Notes under the pieces: generated by a model
The model's input: only the letters and a program-made list of their open reading frames with translations
Told to the model about the DNA's origin: nothing
Database searches by the model: none
DNA from: Phoronis australis
Lineage: Eukaryota; Animalia; Phoronida
Direction of reading: 5' to 3'
Length of the DNA: 64,000 bases
Assembly (NCBI GenBank): GCA_002633005.1
Contig: NMRA01000389.1
Location: 1 to 64,000, forward strand
In this document: piece by piece, positions 1 to 13,000 of the stretch
Numbering within the stretch: the first letter of the stretch is position 1
Layout of the letters: each line of letters starts with the position of its first letter
Translations under genes and position numbers: made by a program

Positions 1-330
1 AATGTGTTTCCGACTTAAACCCCTGCAGTTTTCGTCACTTGGATTCATGGGCGCAAAGACTTTTGTAGCAAGAACTATGTCCTCTCGCTTTCCTCTCTTT
101 TTCAACCAGTTACCAATGATTTCTTCCGATTGGCCCATAGAGTACACATTTGCTGTATCGATAAAATTTCCACCCAACTCAACATATCGGTCCAAAACGG
201 CGAACGACCCAGCTTCGTCGGATTGTCGAACAAGAAACTGGCTCTTTTCACCAAATGTCATGGTACCAAGACAGAGGTTGGAAACCTTCATACCAGACCG
301 TCCTAAAAAGTTGTATTGAACAGATGCCAT
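1..330 (-). CDS. Aldo-keto reductase (YajO/aryl-alcohol dehydrogenase-like), 5' part; truncated by window edge
   Basis: Manual translation from ATG at 330: [27 protein letters not shown]...[46 protein letters not shown]...GLSRKHI. Has AKR motifs [19 protein letters not shown], FIDTANVY (catalytic D/Y) and LATK (catalytic K). Absent from the ORF track because no stop lies in the window. Confidence 0.92.
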   Translation of the reverse strand, partial: MASVQYNFLGRSGMKVSNLCLGTMTFGEKSQFLVRQSDEAGSFAVLDRYVELGGNFIDTANVYSMGQSEEIIGNWLKKRGKREDIVLATKVFAPMNPSDENCRGLSRKHI

Positions 331-2124
331 ATCTTGAACGCAAGATCTCTTCTTTAGTCCTAAATGTGCCGAGTCACTACTCAGCACCTGACAGTTCCTG
401 TCCTGGATGATTATGTACACCCCTATTTGCTCTGCTGTATTTACAGACCACAGACCACAGCTTATCAATACCGCAAACCCCCGAAACCCTAATCTCCTGT
501 ACAGACCCATGAGATTGAGCTATCCGAGACATCATCTTGTGAGGCCCGGGAACCAGATTACCTGAAACCCATGGCTTCGCCCCATTTTCACGAAAGACGT
601 CGGCAACACGATTGAGTTGACGAAACTGATAAGCCGCCATTGCATCNGGAGTTTTTCTGTGGAGGTTGGTTGTCGTGGTTTTCCGGCCAGTTCGGTTACA
701 AACATCACCATTAGACGAGGATGTCAGAAATGCTATTGATTTATGTTCAGATATGTTATAACTTAAATTTTATTTTTAACAGCCCTATAAATGGCAAGGT
801 CTCTGGGCGTCTCTGCGACAGGAAAGAAGGTTCTTCTTCGCGATGTGGCCACCGAAGCTGGACAGGCATCTTGTTGGATTTGGATGAAGCACCAACAGCA
901 ATACCATCATCAACCGTCAGGCAGAGCCTGATCAACTCGGTTTTCCCGCCTACTAGAGATGGTCTTGGTTTAGGGACGAAACCATAAAGACAGAAGGAGA
1001 CCAACTGAAGATGACGGCTGAGCACAGTTCCATCAAGTGTTTAAAGTAAGTTCGAAAAAACGTTTGATTCGTTATCGTGGGATGTTATTTTTAAAACGCT
1101 TGATTGATCATGAACCTGTTTACATTCGATCCTGGAATGAAAAAGGTGTAAGATTTGTTTGCGATTTATAAAATGAGAATGGATAACTTTTATCTTACAC
1201 TCAGTTTTCAAGCCTTCTTTCTTAACCTTTTACAGCTTACGGGAAAGTGTTAGACAGTTACTGAAATGCAAAGAGATGAACAATTTTCAAGCAAATTTTC
1301 TACTATTCCCAAGATAAGAAGGGAACTCGGGCTTTTTACGAGACTTTTTTTTGAAAATTTACATAAAAGGCCAAACTTTTATCAAAATGAGAAGCTGATT
1401 TTGTAACTGAAAAGTCCGAATCTGAGTAGCAAGATATTTTATGCAACGCTTTCGACTTTAGCGCAGTCAATGACATACGTTTAAAGTGGCTACAGATGAG
1501 AATTGTCCATAGAATAATAGGAAAAAAACAAACCATTATTACAAATAGGAGATAGTGATTCCGATCTATGTAGCTTCTGTCATGCGAGGTCAGAGGAAAT
1601 TATTCATTTGTTCTTTGACTGTTCTTTCTGGCAAAAATAGCGGAGTTTTTATTATCCGTAGACAACTCTATAAGCAAAAATTTAGATGCTTTCACTGTTA
1701 TGTTTGAATTTAGTGGTAGGACACATCTTCTACCGCCGATTGCGCAGCTAGGTAAATTCCATCGTAGTCTTCAAAATTGAATTGGCTCATTATCTGAAAA
1801 AGCTTAAATATATTTTCACAAAAAATGAATGTTTAGACTAGTTTGAAAACGAATGGCAAATCTTTACAACCATATTCTAGCACACGATTTAGTGTACAAT
1901 ATAAACAGGTTTCGTGTGTGCGTGTGTGTGAAACGTATGAATGTGCCTCAGTCAGCTCTAGGTGTACTAGTTACAGCAGTTAATACATGTCTGTAAGGAC
2001 TTGTTTCTGTTATGTAATAACTTACTTGGTTAACTAATAAAAATAAAAGATCATGAAAAAAAAGAATTGATGATACTTTACTGAACTTAGTTGAAGGTTG
2101 AGGTTGGGAAAATCTATACCATCC

Positions 2125-2412
2125 CATAAGCGGATTTAAGGGGGGGCGGGGCGCCCAAGGGGCCTGTCCCCCTCCCTCCTTAGCTGCCGCAAGGAAAATG
2201 AAGCAACAGCAACGTCAAGTGTGCGTGAGAAATGTTGAGTTCAGTAAATATGATCGGTAACGGAATCGTGTTCCCGTTTTTTTTTTTCGTCCACCGATAG
2301 ATTTTCTAAACAGGAGGTCGACATCCCCGGCCCTCGCAACTGCCGGACTTCCTTTGCCCAATTCCCCGAGGCAACATGTTGCCCCTCCCCCCCTTTCCTA
2401 GATCCACCACTG
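2125..2412. mobile_element. hAT-like MITE with 5-bp TSD
   Basis: Imperfect TIRs cataagcggattta / tagatccaccactg, G-rich and C-rich subterminal tracts, CATCC direct repeat at 2120-2124 and 2413-2417. Confidence 0.55.
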
Positions 2413-2482
2413 CATCCGATCACACAGCTAAGTACACTGGACGATTTATGCTTTTCTGAAACAAAACACAGTTGAAAAGTAT

Positions 2483-3156
2483 GGCCACAGAAAAGGCAAA
2501 AAAGAATTAATAGAAAAATCAAATCTAATTTGTAATTTTGCCCCTTCCGCACACTTAGCTAGTTCCACCGACAGGTTTGATTTTCCGTTTGATTTTTACG
2601 AGTTACTAGATTTGATTTTCCAAAAAGATTTGGTAAGCCCATGGGCGTGTATTCGGAAAATGAAAAAATTACGCATTTCAGTAGCATCAAATAAACTCCC
2701 GGGCGATTATTCGGGAATGGGGTCGTTTAAACTGAAAGTCATAGCCTCTGCTGATATAAAAATACCAGCGATTTGTGTGCATAAAACTCTTTTTAATTTC
2801 AATGTTAACAAATACATAGTTCGCCAACACTTTGTTCGTTTTTATAAATGATAATTGTTCCACAAAACTGAATTTGTGGCTAAAAGTTGACGCTAAGTGA
2901 GCTTTTAAGAGGAAATTTTCCGAATAAAGGCCCCACTATTTGGATACTTGACAAAAAAAGTTGTAACATAATTTTCCGAATCCGAATAAACGCCTACGGC
3001 ATTATTGGGTGGACTTATCTACGGAAAATCATGGTACCAGTTAGGTTTGATTTTCCAAACACAATTGATTTTTACGAATTAGATTTGATTTTTACTAATT
3101 AGGTTTGATTTTTACGAAATAGGTTTCATTTCCCCTTTTTTGCCCTTTCCGCGGCC
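2483..3156. mobile_element. Degenerate non-autonomous TIR element
   Basis: Inverted ends ggccacagaaaaggcaaaaaag / cttttttgccctttccgcggcc, with repeated internal motif aggtttgatttt. Confidence 0.4.
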
Positions 3157-3692
3157 TACAGAAGTGGCAGAACAGAATCGACTGAACTGGTTTGCCATGC
3201 AGAATGTCACAGACGAAACAGAATTGACTTTATAAAACACAATTGAATTGATAAAATATTATTGTGTTTGCTATAAAGGAAGTTGTTGTTGACATCAGTG
3301 ACATCAGACAGTTCACGAAATAGCAAGTTGGGTTTGCAGAATCATAACATTGAGTTGAATGGAGTGTCCGATAGTAGCAAATTTTGCCTTTTTGGCGGGC
3401 AGCCAATACTAAAATCCAAGGCAAGGTCGGTTTCGAAGATAGTTGTTTGTACGTTAATCATTGTCGTACTGTGTAAGAATCAACTATAAATATACATAGA
3501 AATTCAGTCAATTTAAACTTTTGTTCAGGGGTGGCATTCAAGTAAATATTTTTGTACTTTCAAGAAAATTAAATTAGTTATACATCCAGGTCACTTTTAA
3601 AAAGTTTAAAAACCGTTAGAGAGTTTCTGATATATGTTTTGAAAAATATTTGTCATCTCAAAATCATAAAACATTCTGATATTTAATTCTGT

Positions 3693-4083
3693 NNNNNNNN
3701 NNNNNNNNNNNNNNNNNNNNNNNNNNNNNNNNNNNNNNNNNNNNNNNNNNNNNNNNNNNNNNNNNNNNNNNNNNNNNNNNNNNNNNNNNNNNNNNNNNNN
3801 NNNNNNNNNNNNNNNNNNNNNNNNNNNNNNNNNNNNNNNNNNNNNNNNNNNNNNNNNNNNNNNNNNNNNNNNNNNNNNNNNNNNNNNNNNNNNNNNNNNN
3901 NNNNNNNNNNNNNNNNNNNNNNNNNNNNNNNNNNNNNNNNNNNNNNNNNNNNNNNNNNNNNNNNNNNNNNNNNNNNNNNNNNNNNNNNNNNNNNNNNNNN
4001 NNNNNNNNNNNNNNNNNNNNNNNNNNNNNNNNNNNNNNNNNNNNNNNNNNNNNNNNNNNNNNNNNNNNNNNNNNNNNNNNNNN
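3693..4083. other. Assembly gap (N run)
   Basis: Run of N. Confidence 1.
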
Positions 4084-7000
4084 GGGGGGCTTGGGGGCTA
4101 TAGCCCCCATTTTTTTCTGTGCTGCGCCGCCCATGACATGGTCGCCAAATCCTACGGTCGGCTCATATTTTGTCAACTGAGTTTTTTGCCCTGAGATTTA
4201 TTTGTACTGCGATTTTACCGTTTGTCCTGTAAATAAGAAGTTTGAAGAATAAATCTTTCATGTCTCGAAATTCGCCCACCTCTTTGCAGCAAACTGCATT
4301 TCGCATTGACATTAGAACGCAACGTGTTCCGAATCTCACAGTAACGTATTAATTTATTCACGTACTCATCTAAAAGGCTCTTCTCACGGCTCGATTCGTG
4401 ACTTTGTCTGCTTATGACGTACAATACTGCTTTAGTTTGTCTGCTTATGACGTACAATACTGCTTTAGTCTATTTTGACCTCGCGTTAATAACACAGCTT
4501 TAGAAAAAGCTAATTACAATTGGTCCTTGGATTATTTAATAGCTTCATTAATTACCATCTTCTTAATACATTACATTTACTGGACTTGAAATAGTGAAAA
4601 TTTTTCATGTACCACTTACAGGCTTATTGGGTTGTATGACGTATTTGGCTCCCAGTGCTTTATGTCCAGTTTTGAAAAGTGATGAACAAGTGCCACTGAA
4701 TATATTTTTGCAGCATTTTAATCAGGGAAATAATCGACCAGTAGAACTTTCATTGGCCTATAACGAAAGTGAACCATCGCCATCCGCCCATCGGGTCTCC
4801 AAGTATACATTGTTCTATCCGCATTATGTGCTTTTACGGGTGCAAAGCCCTAATGCTACTTTATACACTACACAACGGTGGTTTACGATTTCGCACGAAG
4901 TCGTATCGCCGGTAGTGTCACGGTGTAGGCCTAGGCAGTATCCGACTTGTACATACGACTTCTCGATGAACCTAACGAGGGTGGGGTGGGAGCAAGATCG
5001 GACGTGCAGTCTATGTTACCCGACAAATCATTAGGCTTTTCTTACTACTTCCTATCTCGCGTCGGAACACCTGTCAACACTCTTGGATTAGTCGTATACA
5101 TCACTCATACACCGAAAATTCTAAACAAAAAATCAGAGGGCGCACACAGGGTTTCCAGGAGCCACTGCACGTCCCTGAACTTCATAAGGCTGCATATAGA
5201 CAGAGATATTTGGGCATGCAAAAGAACGCGGGAACGTTTGCAGAAGCTAGCTCCAAAGCATGCAAGTATTGCACTGAACACGGCTGGTTCTCTCACTTGG
5301 TGCACTCGGTATAATACTTATTTACACACGGATTACTTGTCTAGGTGCACCGGGGCCAAACAGATAAGACGAATAATTCTATAGGCAAATCAGTACTTGC
5401 CCTGATTTCAGACCACTTAGCTGGTCCGATTAACGGACAAATTAATATAGAATAAACGCTCAGAAACCAGCTAGTATAGAATCAGCGCTCAGAAACCACA
5501 TAGCTGTATCTTTTCAACTTCTTGCGAGTAGTTCTTGGCAAAAATGACAATTGGCACGCACTCAGTACAGGCTAACCATAACAGTGAGAGCAAACGAACA
5601 GTATTATGAATGATTAAAGACGGAGTGATATAGTCACAAAACAGGTTTATATTTTCTTCGCAGATGACATTGTCTTTAAAGTGATCGACCAAAAACTATA
5701 AAATTCGAAGAGTTGACGAGACCTACTAACCAGGGTTGTGTGAACCATCGGTGTTTTATCAACGACAGTAGCCCGGGAAACGCAGTGCACTGGGACTACT
5801 GACGACATAACTGCTCATCAGAACAAAATCGTAAAGAGGGTCGTAAAAAGGAAACAATCTGCTATTTATTGGTACGTGATTTCCAACAAAATCGAAGTAC
5901 ACAGAAAAATTAACACAGACGTCAGGAGACATTACAATATTACTCACGACTCACGAGGAAATGAAACACGTACTGGAATATCGGACCAAATTCATTTTAT
6001 CGAACACAAACTGAATTCCTGACCCCGACAACCAGCATGATTATAACTTTTAAACAGTGGCCAACTTCACCCTCCGTTAAAAAGTTAACTTTTTGATGAA
6101 GACTACTTGCCGTTATGAACATGATTTCAACTTTTTCCTTACAGCCTCGTAAACGCCGACCTGTCGTTTTTTCCAAGCCAAACAACCACTTTTTCAAAGT
6201 AAAGAATAAGTTGATTTCAGTGCGGTTTTACAGTGGTAAGTGGTCTGAATTAAAATCAGTTGGTTTCTTTCCGGGCATGCGGCTGGTTTATAAGAAATGC
6301 ATTTAGGATGGTTTTTGTAATTGGATTTTTGGTGGTAAATCACCGCCAAGTAGTGACAAGTCAAAACTAAAAAAACTGACATAAACCTTTTAGTTCATGT
6401 TTTAAAGCTTATTTAGCCGTTTAGCCGACTTAAAAAAGCACTTGAAAAAGGCAGTTTACTCTGAATAAGTCTCGGACCGGAACGTGATTTCCGTTACCAA
6501 CATGAACTCAGAAACTATCAGCAACTCTAGAAAACGCTTTGCACTTTGTTGGGGTTGCCCAATCTCAAAATAGGCGAATTCGAAAATGACGCTTGTATGC
6601 AGCATTGCCCGTGACCGGAGTTGTCCGCTTTTTCGACAATAATTCAAAATGGGGACCGTGGCGATGCTTTTCAACCTCAAAGCACTTTGATTAAGAATTC
6701 AACACGGACAGAAAAACAGCTAGAGAAATTCAACTTTTGAATTTGTGATGTTATGGCAACGTAACACCCTTTTTACATCCCTGGCGGCAAAAACACAAGT
6801 ACACTCAAACCTGGCATGTTCCTCGTTGTTTGAAAGACAGGCGGAACTAATCTTGGGTTTCATGAAAACAAAGAAAAGAGTATCTTTAGCATAGAAACCA
6901 GTTCGTTAGTTTTCTTGAAATACAGTTTAGATGGATGGAGCCCTAAAAGAGTTCACACATCGGCCAAAAACTTGATACTAGAGGTCAATTAAACAAGTTT

Positions 7001-10000
7001 CGACAATGGAACATTTGATCGAAAAATATCCATAAATTAGCTCCGTTTGGTAACTCTTGTCATTACGTGCTGATGAACCATAACAAGGATGCCGTGTAGA
7101 AGACTAAAATCGTGTAGAGAGCAGTAACAAATTGTTTGTGTACATGCAAGATCCTAAAAGGATGTCGAGCAGGTCTGTGAATAAGAGCCCAAAACATAGG
7201 TCGACAATGAGGAAGTTGCTACGTCCCCTAAGGAAAAGCTTCAATCATTTAGCAGTCCATTGTTACGGCAGTGTCCGAGCCGACAGAGTCCAATCTTTGT
7301 ACTGGTTTCTTTTTGTTCAAGATTTCAAAGGCTTTTGACAATATATCTTAAAGCCCCTGATTCGAAAAACATTTTGCTGCAAATCATTTGGCGTAAATTA
7401 TCATACATTACACTTTCTGATGTCAACAATGTTCCCATAAATGCTGCAAACTGGTTGTACTTTCTAGGGGTGGGGCTTCCCTTGTGTAAACATAAGCAAA
7501 GACACTTAAATGGTGGTGCTGTCTGGGGAAAGGGCTTACTTTATAACAACTTTTCATCAGGTAAAAAAGAAGCATGGAGGTCAAATGATTACACTTTTTT
7601 GAGGGGGGGGGCTTCCTTTACAACAATTCTTCAACGGGGTAAAACAAAGTTTGTAGCCAAAATACACTTCGCAGAAACATGGTAGGTCAGCATTTCTGGA
7701 AAACATGATGTAACATGCTAAAAACGCAGATGCCATCTTTTGACAAGAAAGCAACATACTACTGGTATAAATAGGCCACGAAATCCTCAACTAAACCTGG
7801 CAGGAGTCAATTCTATCTTTGATAATTGACAAACACAGAACAACAGACCTACCATCAATGCCATACACACTAATTACTGCGAGTGTATCAAAGTCCATCA
7901 TCTTTGGGCGTTGTTAACACACAATAGGTTTTCTCATGCAAGGTCAGTGAAAGCAATACCTTGTTAACCCTGCTCATAGCCACACAACTGTCCCAGTTGT
8001 TCTGTGTGACTAAGTACTGCTTAACGAAGGGTTTAATGGTCCTGACTGAGATGACAACTGTTTCATTAACCCCTCTGGACCCTGAATAACCCAGCACAGC
8101 CTTGCTGATGGTTTACAACATAAGGCCTTTCATATTAAACTCGAAGCATAGATGTTTTGGGGAGATCTGGTCATTATGAACGGTTAACTTCGGCCCTGGA
8201 TCGAAGTTCACATTGTCAGTTATTTTCGTAGTAAACAGGTGGATTTAACAGCCCAGAATCGACATTGATGCGCGGTATGAACAGTAATGTTCAGTCTTAT
8301 CCAAGTCATCACTGGGGGCCACTGCTATCATCAACAAAGAGCATTGTTGTCGCTAATATTTTGTTCAAATAATCTCCAGTCGACCTACAAATAGCTTTAT
8401 GTCAATCATCACACTTGTGACTTTGAAAAAATCTTAACACACATGGGACAAAAAACTGCAATTTCTCAGTCTACATCAAACGTCACCATATGCATCAACT
8501 ACCTTGCGATTACATTGATGATGACAGCACCACCTACCGTTTGCTTCAATATCTGTTACAAAGGAAGCTGGTGCGAATGGTTCAACTACCCTTTCACCTA
8601 ATATCAACACTCCGCTCGCTCATAAGGAAGTTAGTATGAAAGGGCCTAAAAACTTCCAGGTTGTAAATTTTGTCCTATCATTGGGTGCCCAAACAAAAAC
8701 CAGCATTAAATCCATACTTTTAATACCACAATGCGCGAATCACATGCAAACTATTCGAATGTAGAACTTGAGCAGTATATAAGATATGCTGGACAGAAAA
8801 GTTGCAATGAGAAATTAACAATGAGACAAATACATCAAGAGCCATCATAATAATCTTTCCAATTTGCAAACACTAGTAGTCTAGTCCACCATAAGGAGAA
8901 TTCAGCCATTTCTGAAAGCTAATGAACAATGAGTTGCGAATATGCCAAAAGAACAACCAATGAACTAACTACTTCTGTGTATAGCATAGTCAAGTAAAAT
9001 AAGAAGGGATGATAGCTCCCCACACTGAAGAACATACAATGGTTTGTGTAACAAATCACAGCTTTAAAAGGCAAGTAAACTTAACAAATAACTACAGTTG
9101 CACATGAGCAGGTGCTATGTACAGAAGGAAGACCTATACAGTATTATATACGATAACAAGACAAGGTAGAAACTGAAAGCGGCTTTGAACCCACATTCCA
9201 TCACAAAAAAAACTTTAGATTTAGATCACTACCATTTTGAAAGTGGTTTTAAAATTAACACTCAAATATAGTTCTATAGTCAAATTGGAGATTTCTGGCT
9301 TTGCTCACGCCCGGGCCCTACAATTTGTCTTGGTCATTTTATGCACTGGACATTATCTCCAGGAATATAATTAATAATGAATTGTCGGTTCTTTCCAAGC
9401 CCAGACATCACTTCCCATCTGAGTGAGGAAAATTGGAGACCAATATATATATGTTGGTAAGTGGATGCAATGTAGGTACATATGCTGCTAAAAGCAATTT
9501 CATGGCCAACCATATTTGGTATACAGATTACTAGTGCAGAACTTTCTACAAATTGTATTTTAACCTTATCAGGTCAAAATATACCATAAGTGGTTCTGGT
9601 CTGTGTCGAACTCATTTTGAAACCTGCATCACAAAGCCGGCTGGCACCAGGTGGCGCTGGGTAATAAAAAATAAAGAAGTACTTTGACCCATTTCACTTG
9701 GCTTGTCTTTTCCCAAAAGCATCACTACATAAATTTTCAAAAATAAGACAGCAAATCAGAACCAATTATGCCATATTTGCCTATTAAACCTGTTTTAAGC
9801 AAGAAGTAATATGCAGCAAAAAGCAGTTATTTCACCAGTGTGGTATTTGACTGAATAATTATTGATGATTCACAGTCATATCCTCAGCAAAGAAACACAT
9901 TTTATAAATGATATGATACACAACATATTTCCTTTACACGGTAGTAGAATGTGCAAGATGTGTCGATATGAATAGCATTCCAAGCGTTCTTAAATAAGCC

Positions 10001-10012
10001 AGACGAATGCCT

Positions 10013-13000
10013 CTAATCCCATGATTTTGCTATTTCAAACCCCCACTCCCAGGCAAGGATGTCATGATCGTCGTCATCAGTAAACCTACTCTTCACTTTG
10101 TATGTTCCCCTGGACAACATGCCACTTGGTGCTTCCTCCATTGGTGTTAAGTATTCGTAGGGCTCGGGGTTAGGTCCGTAGCTACCAACCATCATATCCA
10201 TCTTGTCAACTAAACACAAGGCAAGACTAAATTTACTGTTTGTACAAAAAACAATTCATAATTCTATGAATTCAGTTAGAAATACGTAACAGCCTGCCAA
10301 GAATTTATACACTAAAAGCATAAACTTATGACAGGATTTAAAAAATGAGGGTGCTCTATTTGTCTTGTGAAATTTTCCAAAAACATTTTCCTGTTTAAAT
10401 TCATTTTCCATGAGTTGTTAAAGCACAGATACTATTTTTGTCATTTTGGAGACCCTGTACAAGGGAGAGGGTGCATTCTCTAAAGGGGTGATGATCATCA
10501 GTCGTGGCAATGTGCCAAATGTTTCCCCGGAGGCTGGTTGAAAGAAACCTTAAGTGTTACACACAATCATTCAACAGATGAATATGGATTTGAAGTTGAT
10601 TTATGGATAAATTCTTCCTCATGAACTTCTAATGGGTATTCTAGTTATGGAGAAGAGCCTTCAAATAAGTGCATCATAAAATCATAACATCGGTTCAAGG
10701 CAGTCAGCTACTAAAAATATATTTGCCAAGATTCTAACTGAATATATTTCAAACATAAAACATTCATAAATACCTTGTTTTTTCAATCTGTAAACCTTCT
10801 GCACGTATTTAAGACCACTGACAAGTTCTCGTTGTACACAGAAAGTGATTTTCAGTCGATAAGAGGCTCCCTCCTTTATCTTAAAGGAGCTCTTCTTCAA
10901 CTCGCTCAGGTCTCCTAGTGAACATAAAGATGAATTTCTTGACTTCCCAATTCAGCAGAATTACTGTTACTTTCATTGTAATTTATATAAAACATGGCCT
11001 TGGCCAACTTCAAAGCAAGAAAAAATGAGTATTAAGAAGCCACATTCATTAAACCAAAACTAACATCTGTGAGCTCCAATCTGACCGTAGTATACAGAAA
11101 ACAACAGTTAAATGTTAACTTGCCTTATATCAGGACACGATTTTTGAGACCATAGCAACAAAGCTAAATCGAAACGCTAGTCACTGGCAATTTTAATGAA
11201 ATTTGATGTCCCTAAATAATAGTCATATTTCCTAAACAGCACTCAACACACCTTTTTAAAGGTGGCTTGATTGTCAGATAATTGAAATTATTAGCCAACA
11301 ATCAAGCCAAACAATTCATCTCAATTAGACAACCATACCAGAGCTTGGCATCAGTAGCAGAGTCTAACACTTGGGGTCTATTGCGTGAAAAGTGACTTAA
11401 GACCCAAGTCAGAATTTTGGTCTTACACTCTCACTTCAGCTAAGTAATTGTGAGCGCATAAAAGTCAAGAATTTATTTTATAGAAACTACCTCAAATGTG
11501 AGCAGTTATGTGTATACTCTCGGAGACTTTGATAATTATTTGTATGCGAAACACCTAAGTGAAAATTACCTTAACTCAAGAAGAGTTATTTAGCAATTAG
11601 GTACGCGTTCATACCATGGAAACTAAAAACAATGCAGCAAAGTCGAGTTGAGAAAATCACAATCACTGACACACAGTCATAGATGGCTTTTAAAACAACG
11701 TAAACAGGTAACAAATGTTCAGAGATGTTTTGAACAGTAAGAGTGGTTTATATAGCAGAAGAGCACTAACCAGTCAGGTCCAGCTCAATGTCATCGCGGC
11801 CCTCACTAACGAAAGTTAATTTCTTCACAATAACACAATTTGGTGTTTCGGGCCCTGAAAAGAATAAAATAATCATTAGACTTACTTACTTGATACAGTG
11901 CGGAATTCAATCCAATTTCAGACAGAGTATGACTTGGGAAATCAACCCATCCCACTTTGGTAGCATCTTCCTCTATAGTCCATTGCTCCCTAGTCACCAT
12001 CAAAACCGCAAACGCGAAGTCCATTTTTATTTTCATTAAATTTTGTTCCCAACATCAATTTGTTGAATACAAGGCAATGATGCCCGCTTATTACTTCAGG
12101 TCTCCGAAGAACAAGAATAGAGTTGATGATGAAGACAAAATACTATGACATGGTAATTCTTCAGTTATTTAGCACCACATATGGTCGACACATTTCTCCA
12201 CAAGAATGAAAGATGAAGAAAATTGTTATTTAGCACCAACACGGCTGGTGCTGTGTGGATGTCATGGAACAGGATTTGATAAAGTCAACATTGTTTCCAG
12301 CAAAGTTGTCAGCAAAAGGACAATTTTGGCAATTGGTTTTGTGCAAAATCAGGGAAGAACTAATGTGCATCAAATATTGGTTATATTTCAGGTCTGGTCA
12401 TCACTCATCTTTAGGGAAAAATAAAATGAGATAAGGTTAACAATTACGACACAAGGTCACAGCCCACTTAGGGTGCTTACTAACCAATAGTTAAATATGG
12501 AATGCAGACACGATGGAAAACACCATAGGAAAAGAGTCAGCGTGTGGTCCCCCCCTGTGAGCTGCTCATTCAATAAAGGTTTCTCACAATGTAATAAGGC
12601 TCCAATATCTTCAACCTGTGGATGGCACATTATCAACATTCTTATTTCTAACTACGGATATGCCATTAAAACACCAACATGTGGTGCCCCCCCCTCTCCA
12701 CCGTGGGCTGATCGTTCAATACAGGTTTCTCAATACAATATCTTCAACCTGTGGACGGCAAATTATCAAGAATCTCACTTCTATTTATTTTACAGCTGTG
12801 CAGACCCACTATGCAAGTGCATCTACAATTTCCAGGAAAGAGAACATGTGATGTGGTCGATATGATGCTGTATACAGGTACTGCGATGATATTTGGATAC
12901 AGTGGGAGTCATTGTAGTTAATGCTGTTTCCTGACTTGTGCTAAAAAGTGCAGAGAACAAAATCAGTCTACCTTGTTATGTCTCCAAAAATTCACGTTTA

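Noticed and set aside
2-319. 105-aa plus-strand ORF
   Set aside because: Antisense shadow of the aldo-keto reductase on the minus strand.
721-1025. Opposed ~88-aa ORFs upstream of the AKR
   Set aside because: No recognisable domain or linkable exons; adjacent to an n contig join.
3664-4176. Long ORFs at 3664-4176, 13462-14184 and 52013-52668
   Set aside because: Their length comes from N-gaps.
4594-5384. Two overlapping ~145-aa ORFs
   Set aside because: No recognisable motif, non-ATG starts and no convincing splice framework.
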